Of a DNA stretch of 32,064 bases, positions 21,359 through 31,500 are shown one piece after another. A model generated the notes under the pieces. That model did no database searches, was not told where the DNA came from, and saw nothing but the letters and a program-made list of their open reading frames with translations. How positions within the stretch are numbered: the first letter of the stretch is position 1; every line of letters starts with the position of its first letter. Source of the stretch: Rhizaria sp. SCN 62-66 (Eukaryota); NCBI GenBank assembly GCA_001724265.1, contig MEDY01000377.1:1-32064 (forward strand), read 5' to 3'. A program made the translations under genes and the position numbers.

Positions 21359-24300
21359 GATTATGTGAATGTGAGACTGTGACAGCGCAGCGAGTGCGGC
21401 CGCCGCGGCCGCAGGCGTGGCCAGCGCGTCGGCCAGGGCGGCGGCCCAGGCGCGCGCGTACAGCGCGAGGCGTTCGTAGAGCACTGCGAGGCCGGCCGGG
21501 GAGAGGTGCTCACAGTCGCTCGCGCTGCGCTCACGGTCACTTGCAGCGCGCTCACGGTCATTTGTGGCGCGGCCACAGCCGCTCTTAGTCGAGAACCACG
21601 ACGGGAGTCCGCTGGGGGCGCTGCTGCCATAGTCACTATTGCCGTTGAGCACAGCAGCAGCGGCCTCGGCCTCGGCGGCCGCGACAGCAGCGGCAACTTT
21701 GGCGACTGCGAGCCCCTCAGTCCCATCAGCAGCAACAGCAGCAGCGAGTCCAAGCGCCTCGGACGTCGCCGAAGTGAGGGCCTGCGCGCGGCCGTTACTG
21801 CCCACAGTGCTTGGCGGCAGCGCCGGCAGCCGCGTCGCCAAGGTGTCCTCGCCGTCCGCGCCGCCCGTGCAGATGGGACTGGCGCTGTTGGCGGCGGCAA
21901 ACGCGCACTCGAGCGGTGTCGCCAGCGCCGCCGCAAGCGCGGGCCCGCCCGCGAACAGCGCCCGAAGCAGCGGCAGCGCGCCGTCCCATGTCGCAACACT
22001 GCTGCCAGCGCCAGTGCCAGTGTACGTGCCGGCGGCCCGTGCGCGCGCCCAGAGGTCCCGGCCGTGCGGCGCCGCGACCGCGGCAAAGGACGAGGAGCCC
22101 GTGGCCTCACAGAGGGACAGACACGCGCTGGGAACGACAGCGACGCCAGTAGCAGAGGAGTAACTGTGAGCGGTCGCAGTGGCAGCGGCAGCGCCGGCAG
22201 CCGGTTTGGCGGCGTTGGGGCACTGGACATAGCGCGTCACGGCCACGCCCCAGTAGTCACCCGCAGGCACCGCGCTTGCGTTCGCGTTTGCGCTATTCAC
22301 ACCGACCGCACTTGAGCTGGAGGCAGCGGGGCGCGAGCCAAAGCCGCCGCTGTACCCGGAGCTGTAGTCGTTCGTACGATGGGCGCGGTCGTGCGCACTC
22401 GCAGTGCTGATGTGAGTGTTGTCGCTGTGGTTACGGCTTTGAAGCGAGTCGAGGAGTGCAAACTGCAGCACGTTGGGCAGGGACTGCACTGCGGCGGCAG
22501 CAGCACCAGCGTCACTAAGGGCAGCGTCGTTGGGCTGACTGCTGTGTGAGACTGAGAGGAAAGAACATGCGTGTGCTGTAGGGCCGAAAAGCGCTGCGCC
22601 GCTGGACTCAACGCGAACGCTCACTCTTGCGCTGGTATTCGGCTTAACAGCAGAGACAACAGCAGAGCTGAAGCTACTGCTTGTTGAGCCGTTTTGTTGC
22701 TGCAGTGCGCGGGTGGCCGCCGCAGACCGAGGCCGGACGACCTTAACCACGACGCTGTCCTCACCCGCGCTCGCACCAGCACTGCGGCTATGGGTCACCA
22801 CAACGACGTTGTTGCCGCTCATGGCGCTGCTACCGTTGCTAAGAGTGACTGTGGGCGACTGGGGGAACGCGGTGTACAGACCATGGGGGAAATACCCCTC
22901 GCGTGCAAACGGCAGCGCGGAGAGCAGGCGGCTTAGCTTCGATTCAGCGACACTCGCACTTGCGCCAGAGTGTGCACCCGGGTGCTTCGCGTGGGTTTGA
23001 CTGCTCGATGGCAACGCCAGCGTCGCCGTGCCCCAGCGGCCGCCCAGTTGCTGCTGCTGCTGCTGTAATTGTTTGGCTGCCATTCTAGCAGTGACGCTGG
23101 CCGGCACCGCACCGTAGATGGTGTCATCGTCGTGAGTGCTGTTGCAGCCGCTGTTGGAATACGGCGCGAGCGCGGCTGCCAGCGTTTTCAGCGCAGCCAC
23201 GCTTTCGCCCTCGCGCACGGGGGCGCACGCTAAGTCCTGTGCGTCTAAGCGTGAGTGGGGGTGCGACTGTGCCAGCGAGCCAGAGTGTGCAGACCCGGGC
23301 CGCGGCGGAGGCATTGCGCTGAAGCCGTTGATCGTGCTGTTGTTGCTGCTAGTGATCGCAAACGGCACGCTGCTGCTGCTGCTCGTGTTGAGATTGCTGT
23401 TGCGGCTGTCGGCGCTGATGCTGACGTCGTTGTCGTTGTCGTCATCGTCGTCGAACTTGAGTGCGGCCGCGACAGAGAGCTCCAGCTCAACGTCCAGGTC
23501 ACTGTCGCTGTCGAGGTTGTTGCTGTTGTTCGCAGCATCACTCGCATAGTCGTCGTCGTCGTCGTTGCTGATGTTGCTGAGCTGACGGCGGTTACCCGCG
23601 CCCCTAGCGCCGCCCACAGAGTTCCTGTCAGCGCTACCATTGCCAATACCGTTGATGTTACGCTTCGCAGACATAGAGGCCTTAGCGGCGTTGTTGTCTT
23701 GGGATGCAGATGCGTTATTGTTTGAGGCGGCACCTAGACGGTCTAAGGGTGTGCGGCGGCCGTGTAAGGGCGTGGCACGCGCAGGCAGCGGGGTCACTGC
23801 AACACTCGCGCTTCCATTCCCACTTACACCGAGCACGGGTGTGGCACGCGCACGGGCTTGGCGCTTCACTAGCGGTGTCGCAACAGAGTCTAAGTGGCAG
23901 TTGTTGTTATCATTAACATCATTAAGCTGCTGTTGCACTACAGCAGAGGCATCCTTATTGCCACATGCATCAACACCGTCATCACCCATCCCATTGGCGT
24001 TCGCGTTGCTGCTGAGATTGGGCGCAGGCGACACGTCAACAAAGGACCGCTTGGCCCGGCGTACCGGCGACAGCGCCCGTGACAGCGCCTGCAACAGCGG
24101 CGCGCTGCCACCGGCATTCACACTGTGAGCATTCGCAATATTGTTGTTGTTGGCGTTGGCAATAGAGCGCATTTTAGTCGGCGAGGACACGGAGCCCGCC
24201 ACGGACACAACACCCGCGCCGGAGCCCGAGCTAGAGCCAGAGCCAGAGGCAGGGGCGGGGGCTGAGACTGAGATGGAGACTGGGACCGGGACGCCGCCGG

Positions 24301-26746
24301 GGCCAATGCTCGCCCGCTTGCTGCCCATGATCACCGTGCGCCGCTGCCTCGCCAGTACGTTGCCCGTCGCAACACCACTCGCACTCACACCCGCGTTCAG
24401 GTTGATGCCCGCATTGGCATCGCTGCTCGCGGCAGCGGATGCACTCGCAGAGGCGGAGGCAGCGGTTGTCAGCGGCGGCCGCGGCAACAACAGCCTGCCG
24501 CCGCCGCCCGCGGCAGCGACACCCGCAGCGGCGTTGCCGTTACGGCTACCCACAGCAGCAGCAACAGCAGCAGCCGAGCTCGAGTGACCGTGCGCGGCAG
24601 CGACGGGCAGGTGACCGTGGGTCGCGGCCGAGCACCTGGCGGGCAGCGCGGCGCTGGCGGCGTCGGCCGCGTCCGCGCCGGCACCGGAGGGGTGTGAGTG
24701 ACTATGGGCAGCGGAGTGACCGTGGGCAGCAGCTGACATGGCAGAGAGATTGAGGGTCGAGCTCAAGTTGGTGTTATTGTTATTGCTGTTGTAATGCTGA
24801 GGGGACGCAAAGGCCTTTTGCTTAAGCGGAGTCTTGAAGCCGCTCAGACCGCCGACGTTGGCGCTGCAAGCACTTGCAGGCACAGGCTTGGCCTCCGACT
24901 CCGCTTCAAGATCAAGGTCAAGCGATAAAGCAAGCGCGTTGTTATTCGCGCCAGTGTCGGCAACAGCTGCAGCGGGCGCGGGGCGCGAACGAGGTTTAGA
25001 CTTAGGCTTCGCACTGGAGTTGTGCAGGCTGGTGCTGCGACCAGGAGTGGCGATCGACAGCCCCCGCAGCGAGGCCGCCGCAGCGGAGCCAGGTGTCTGG
25101 ACAGCTGCAGCCGCGCTGGGATTCGCACTTACACTAACACCGGACGCGTGCGAGCTCAGAATGCGCTGAATCGGGGTACTTAAATGGCCGGCATGGTAAC
25201 CGCGAGAGTGACTATCATCGTTTCCGTTGCTACTGTTGCCGCTGATGCTGTTGTTGCTATTGTTGGACGTGCGGACACGGCGAGGGGTAGAGGCAACAGC
25301 AGAGGCACCCTTAGGACGAGTACTTACATTCACACTGCTTGCATTGCTGCTGTTTTTGCTGCGTTCGGCTTGCTGTTGCTGCCGTTGCAGCAAGGCTTGT
25401 TGCTGCTGTTCCTGCTGCAATAACAACTGCATTTCTTTCCGCTCGAGCTCGAGCTCCAGCTCCTTCGCTTGCGCCCGCGCCTGCTGCTGCTGCAGCTCTC
25501 GCGCCTGTGCTTTGGCCTTCATTTTCTCTGCGAGCGAGCCGAACTGATTTGAGTACCCGCCGTCTAAGGAGGCACTTGCATTCCCACTTACACTGCCGAT
25601 CGAGGCAGCGCCGGCCGCAGCGAGGGGCCCCTGACTGACGCTCACATTGAGAGCATAGTGACCGACAGAGCCGGAGCCAGAGCCGGACAGAGAGCTTAAG
25701 ACAACAGGAGGGAACGGGTCAGAAACGCGGCCGAAGGAGGCCGGCAGCGCGGCAGAGACATCGCCGCCACTGTCGCGACCTCTGTGACTCTGGCTGTGGC
25801 AGAGACGCTGACTGCCGCCGTGACTACTACTGTGACTCGCATTATCACCCTCGTAGTCATCGCTCATAGCAACGCTGCCGCTACTGCCCCCGTCATTATC
25901 AACAACTTCGTACCGCCCGCGGCTACCGCTTGCGCTTGCGCTTGCGCTTAGCGAGCTGCTACTGTCACCGTTGCTGTTGCTGTTGATGTTGCTTTGAGTA
26001 CGGCTGTGGCGAGGGCTGCGACGCGGGCTTGCGCACGACCGGCCAGCGGGGGCGAACGCAGCGGAACCCGCGTTAGCGCTGGTGCCAGCGCTTGAGACGG
26101 AGTTTGTGTTGGTGTTTGATAAGTTTGTAGTGGAAACAGGCGAGAACGAAAGCTTCTTCTCTAAAACAGGACTCGCAACACCACCAAAGCAGCCGCTGCT
26201 ACTAGCAAGACTGCTGCTGCTGCTGTTGCGGCGCCGTCGCGGTGCTGTCGCAGCAGCGCTGACGCTGACGCTCGCACCAGCAGCAGCGAGTGACGAAGAC
26301 GACGACGCCGCCGACGACGCTGGGAGCTGGGCATGATGACTGCTATGAGAGCCTGAGTTTAGGTTCAGAAAGCCCGAGACCGAACGCGTCCCGGCGCTCG
26401 ACGCAGCCGAGCCCGCGGAGTGCTGCGCTACAGTAGAGGCCGCTGAGGCTGCTGAGGCCGACGACTGCGGCGACGACTGCATCGAGTGTACTGACAAGGC
26501 GGGGGAGGCGGACGGCGCGCGGCGCGAGGACTCCGCGGCGGCAAACGGCGAGCGGAACGGCGCGGCCGCTAAGCCGGCCATAACAGCTGAGCCCGCTGCC
26601 GAGGCTGGCGAGGACAGGGAGGAGGCTGAGACGGGGGCGAAGGGCGACTGAGGCCCGTGGATGACGGCTGCGGTGGCCTCGATCAGGGACGAGCGGCGGC
26701 GCGACAACGCGCGCGGCACGTCGGAGAATGCCGGCGAGAAGGACAT
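16946..26746 (-). CDS. MYCBP2/PHR C-terminus-like RING-Cys-relay (RCR) E3 ubiquitin ligase with an IBR-like segment and a very long low-complexity N-terminus; exons 26746(or 26875)-19436, 19288-18827, 18650-17295, 17149-16946; about 3110 aa
   Basis: The spliced product contains ACLRVLPCGHPCAG; RING DDYCQVCCTEDLGSAPCVE|LSCGHTFHLHC...[105 protein letters not shown]; and CPLGIVHPPNGHEFALGCSLCR. These blocks are collinear with the MYCBP2 C-terminus as I recall it. Confidence 0.9.
17150..17294 (-). other. spliceosomal intron, 145 nt (RCR gene intron 3)
   Basis: ACT|GTACGT...CTGTAG|ACG; removal rebuilds FCWGTTHFC. Confidence 0.95.
18651..18826 (-). other. spliceosomal intron, 176 nt (RCR gene intron 2)
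   Basis: GCC|GTACGT...CGCTTAG|AAC; phase 0. Confidence 0.85.
19289..19435 (-). other. spliceosomal intron, 147 nt (RCR gene intron 1)
   Basis: GAG|GTACGA...TACTAAC...CCATAG|CTC; removal rebuilds the RING segment PCVELSCGHTFH. Confidence 0.95.
21278..21358 (-). repeat. (AAC)26 + AAT coding microsatellite encoding 27 Asn
   Basis: perfect GTT repeat at 21281-21358 on the plus strand, in frame in the RCR gene. Confidence 0.95.
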
Positions 26747-27285
26747 CGGGCGAGAGGCGGCCAAAGCGGCAACGCGCCCGGGCGCGGGGTGGGACGGGAA
26801 CGGTCGGGTGGGCACAGAGAGGGAGATGCTAAGTGTTCGAGAAAGACCACTGTGCGGGTGCGCTCTGAAGTGCATTTAAAATTAAAAAAAGGTATAGAAT
26901 AATTAGCACTAATAAAATCCATAAATGGTATGCATAAATATTTTGACGACGCAGTTATGCCGCTGCAAACGCCTAAAAATCTCTCGATTCACCGACGACC
27001 TTGGCCATCTCTTGTGCTGTCTGTCCGACCCGTTGGCAGCTTGCTCTTGCTTTGTGGTGGCTCAGTTGGACTGGGCCGAAACAAGACGACGGCACACCGT
27101 ACGCTGTTGCCGAGAGGAAGCGGTTTTGAGATCGTGTTTCTCCATGGTTTTTCGTCAGAGCGGTATGATTTAAACATTTTTAGGGCTATTTATGTGTGGT
27201 TTATTACTTCATTAATTGTTTTTTCTTAGCTCACCAGTCTTCATTCTCTGGTGTACACTTTCTTTTCCCTCTGCCCAGCCTCGAA

Positions 27286-27510
27286 ATGGACACGCTCAAG
27301 ATCGTCAAATCAAAGCCCATCGACGCCGCGCAGGCGGTGAAGCAGATGGAGCGCATCATTGCGCGCGAGATGGACGCTAAGCAGGAGGAGGACGACGTTA
27401 CCAACACCACGCGCGCGCGCATCAGCGAGGATGTGCTCACCCAGATCGAGATCGCCTGCCGCGCCGTCAAGGACACCATCCCGGAGGAGAAGCCAGCAGA
27501 GATGTGGTAA
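27286..27510 (+). CDS. 74-aa protein, possibly RNA polymerase I subunit A14 (Rpa14/Ker1)-like
   Basis: A GC-rich coding-like island in AT-rich flanks: MDTLKIVKSKPIDAAQAVKQMERII...ISEDVLTQIEIACRAVKD. The strand-helix-acidic loop-helix pattern recalls A14. The CDS is likely real but the product is tentative. A polypyrimidine tract and CCCAG acceptor at 27278 suggest a 5'UTR intron. Confidence 0.6.
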   Translation: MDTLKIVKSKPIDAAQAVKQMERIIAREMDAKQEEDDVTNTTRARISEDVLTQIEIACRAVKDTIPEEKPAEMW

Positions 27511-28599
27511 GCAGTCAGCTACCACTTTTCTGACCACACATTTTGTTTGCGCAACTTCCCACACAGACTCAGCTATACTCCACATCACTCAGAGTCCCAC
27601 TCATACCTCGCTATGCCGGCCGAAACAAGGCCATGATGGGGCTGAGTAGTGGTCGACATGTGTAGCTTTAGCTGAGAGAGACTTTGCACTTCAAGCCGCT
27701 TAGAAACTTGTTACATAGCACCTTAAACAGTGATTTATGCATGATTACTATATTTCCAGACGCCATACTCACGTTTTAGCGCGTCAATTTGGCCACCATT
27801 GGTACCCACGCACATCCACTGTGACTACATACACACTCTTATTCGAATCTTGCGCTATTAAATCTTGCATGCCTTGCTACATCACAAGTTTTCAAGTTTT
27901 AACGCAAATTTCTATGCAAAATTTCAAACATTATATTCATCAACGTAGCCATATGTTATTTGCCAGCCAAACTCGAAGTGACCGTGAGCAGGCAGACTGA
28001 CAAAGTTTAGTCACCCCTACATTTTTGAGCCCTCGACCCCGATGAACGACCCGGCCCAGGATTTCATTTACGACATTTTTGCGACCAATCGCTGCCCGAG
28101 AGTGCTAAATTTGAAAACGACCCGTCTTAGCGGGGCGGAGTAGATTTATATGTGGACGTGAGTGTACTTTGCTAAATCCGGAATTCCCCCGGGCAATCCT
28201 GCCGCGCGGGGCGGGTTCCATGTCGTGCCATTCCCGCTTAGTTGAGAGTGCTCGAGGTCCCTGACGTCGCCTTCCCGCCCTTCGTCCGCTTCCCCACCAA
28301 CGCCCCGCACGCTCTGGCTTTGATATCCATATGCACGGGCGCGTCGTATTGCGTGTGTTTATGTTGGCTCCCCGCACCGATGCACTTTATTCCGCAAAAG
28401 CACGCATTTCTCCTGCCTCAATTCGAAAAGTTGGCTTCCTCCTCTACACCCGCCCCACCTCACACCCCATTCCTACCTTCATATCTCCTCTGTTTGCTCT
28501 CTAATCCCGACCAAACTCTTTCCACACCCACTTTCCGATCTCATATCACTAAATGTTGCGTCGCTTCTGACTTGCGTAGCGTTTGTCCGACTGAGCAGG

Positions 28600-31500
28600 A
28601 TGTCTGACAACCGCCCCCCCACGTCGATGCAGCTGCACCCCGCGGCCGGCCTCGAGAGCCTCGGCGCTCTCAACGAGGCCCAGGCGCAGCAGGCCGCGCA
28701 GCAACAGGCGCAGGCCCACGCGCAGGCCCAGGCCCAGGCGCAGGCAGCGGCGCAGCAGCACCACCACCACTCCGGGCTGGTGCCGCCGCCGCCGCCGCCG
28801 CCGGCGCACCAGCCGTTCCCGCCGATGATGGACGCGCTGCACGTGCACCCGCAGTCGCACTTCATGCTCTCGGGGCTGGGGCTCGACCCCGCCGCCGCGG
28901 CCGCCGCGGCTGCCGCCGCCGCCGCGTCGGCCGCGATGCAGCAGCAGCACCAGCAGATGCAGCTGCAGCAGCACCAGGTTCCTCCGCAGCTGCACCAGCA
29001 CCAACACCACCAGGTCCAGCACCAAGTGCAGCACCAGGTGCAGCAGCAGCAGCCGCAGCCGCTGCAGCCGCTGCACTCGCATCACGCCCACCACGTCCCC
29101 CACGCGCACGCGCACGGCGTCGTCGCGCACGGGCACACGCACGGCCACGGGCATGGCGTGGCTCCCGGACTCATCTACCCGCCCATGCCGCCTGTGGGCC
29201 CCGTGGGCCCCGTGGGCCCCGTTGGTCCTGTCGGCCCGGTGGCCCCGGGGACGTTGCACGGCCACCCCGGCCACCCCAGCCACCCAGGCCACCCCGCGCA
29301 CGCGCACCTGATGCACCAGCACCAGCACCAGTCGGCCGCCGCGCTCCAGTCGGCGGCGGCCGCGCTCCAGGCGCAGGCGCAGGCCGCGCAGGCGCAGGCC
29401 CAGGCGCCGTTGCTGGTCGACTCGGCGGGCCTCGGCGGCTACCAGACGCAGGCGCAGGCGCAGCAGAGCCAGCAGCAGCAGCAACAACAGCAGCAGCAGG
29501 CGGCCGCTGCCGCCGCTGCTGCGGCCACTCAGAGCCAGCAGCAGCAGGCCCAGCAGTCGCACCAACAGCAAACCCAGGCGGCTCAGGCCGCCGTGGCCGC
29601 CGCCGTGGCCGCCACTCAGCAGCAGGCTCAGCAGCAGCAGCAGCAGCAGCAGCAACAGCAGGACCAGAATGCGGCTGCGGTCGCTGCGGTCGCCGCCGCC
29701 GCCGCCGCTGCCTCCCCGGTGTCGGTCGGCAACGCGGGCGCTAACGAGGCCGCCCAGCAACAACAACAACAGCAGCAGCAGCAGCGCAAGGACGGCGCCG
29801 CGGCCGGCAAGGACGCCTCGGACGCCGCCGCCGCCGCCGCGGCCGCCGCCGCCGCCGCACACGCGCACGCCGCCGCGGCCGTAATGGGCGGCGTCCCCGC
29901 CGGCCTCACCGCGCCCGGACTGGGCGCCGCGGGGCTGCGGCTCGTGGGCGGCCCCGGGCTGCCCCCAGTGGCGGGCGGACTCGTCGACCCCGCGCAGGCC
30001 GCCGCCATGGCTGCCGCGGCCGCCGCGGCGACGCCCGCGGCGCGCGCGGCGGCAGCTGCGGCCGTGGCCGCCATGAACAAGCAGCAACAGCAGCAGCAAC
30101 AGCAACAGCAGCAGGCGCAGCAGCAACAACAGCAGATGCACCACNCCGCCGCCGCGGCCGCCGCGGCCGCCGCCAACCAGCAACAGCAGCAGGCCCAGGC
30201 GCAGCAGCAGCAGCTGCAGCAGCTGGCGCAGGCGCAGGCGCAGGTGGCCCAGGCTCAGGCCCAGCAGGCCGCCCAGGCCCAGCAACAACAGGGCCAGACG
30301 CAGGCGCAGCAGGGCGCGCAGCAGGCGGCCGCAGCGGCGGCGGCGGCGGCGGCGGCAGCGGCCTCGCTGGTCAACGCACGGCGCCCAAAGGGCCGGCCCA
30401 CGAAGGAGGTTTCGGCGGCGCTGCGGCAGGAGCGGTTGGCGCAGGGGCTGGACCCCAACCCGCGGCTCAAGCAGAAGCTCATCTCGAACAAACTCGCCGA
30501 GGTGGGGCTGCGGCGCGCGCGCGGGCGGCCGAAGAAGGACGACGCCGAGGCCATCCTCAACATGATCAACATGGGCCCCCAGCAGCAGGCGCAGCAGCCG
30601 CCGGGGCAGGGCCTGCTCGACTCCGCGGCCGCCGCTGCCATCGTCGCCGCAGCCAACGCGGCCTCGCGCGGCGCTCTGGGCCTGTCGCCCACTGCGGCCG
30701 CGTCCCCGGCCGCGATTACCGCGCCCGCGGACGACTCCGCCGCCGCCGTCGCCGCTGCCGCTGCCGCTGCCGCCGCGGCTGCCAACGGCGGTCTGCCGGG
30801 GCTGGGCCTCGGTGCGCTGCCCCCGCCTGTCCACGGCCACGCCCACGGCCACGGCCCGGTGACGCTGGCACCGCCCGGCACGCTCACGGCTGCCGCGGAT
30901 GCTGACGCCGCCGACAAGGTCTCCCAGCAGGGCCAGGCGATGACGGACGGCGACTCGCCGGCCGCGGCGCCCTCGGCCGCTGCAGCCGCGGCCGCTAAGT
31001 CAGTGGACGCCGTCACGGCCGCCGTCGCCGCCGTCGCCGCCGCGGCCGCCGCCGCCCAGCAGCAACAGCAACAACAGCAGCAGCAGGCGCAGGGCCCCTC
31101 TGCCAACTCGGCCGCCGGCGCCGGCTCCGGCGACGCTGCGGCCGCCGCGACCCACGCTGCCGTGAGCGCCGCCGCCGCCGCGGCCGCCGCGGCCGCCGCG
31201 TCCATGTCCCAGCAGCAACAGCAACAGCAACAACAGCAGCAGCAGGGCCGTTTGATGATGCTGTCGCCCGTCCCCGTTGCCGTCGCCCAGCAGCAGCAGC
31301 AGCAGCAACAGCAGCAGGGCCAGCCGCCCGCGGGCCTGCGCCGCACGACCGCCGCGACCGCCCAGGGTCCCCCCGGCCAGCTGGTGAGCGTCGTCGGTGG
31401 CATGCACCCCTCGACCGGGCTCGTTGCGGCGCCGCCGCGCGGACTTGTGCCCTCGGCCGCCGCGGCCGCGGCGGCGCCGCCGTCGAGGGCCCCAAGCGCC

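Noticed and set aside
27058-27090. tRNA A-box-like TGGCTCAGTTGG and a hammerhead-like CGAAAC
   Set aside because: There is no T-arm/B-box (GTTCRA) or cloverleaf, and no CUGANGA core.
1847-27510. Alternative genetic code (stop codon reassignment)
   Set aside because: The long exons have no in-frame TAA, TAG or TGA, and genes end plausibly at TAA (1847, 27510) and TGA (14773, 16946).
28085-28215. CCAAT, TTTGAA and GGGGCGG boxes upstream of the AT-hook gene
   Set aside because: These are short motifs expected by chance, and there is no transcription start data to support them.
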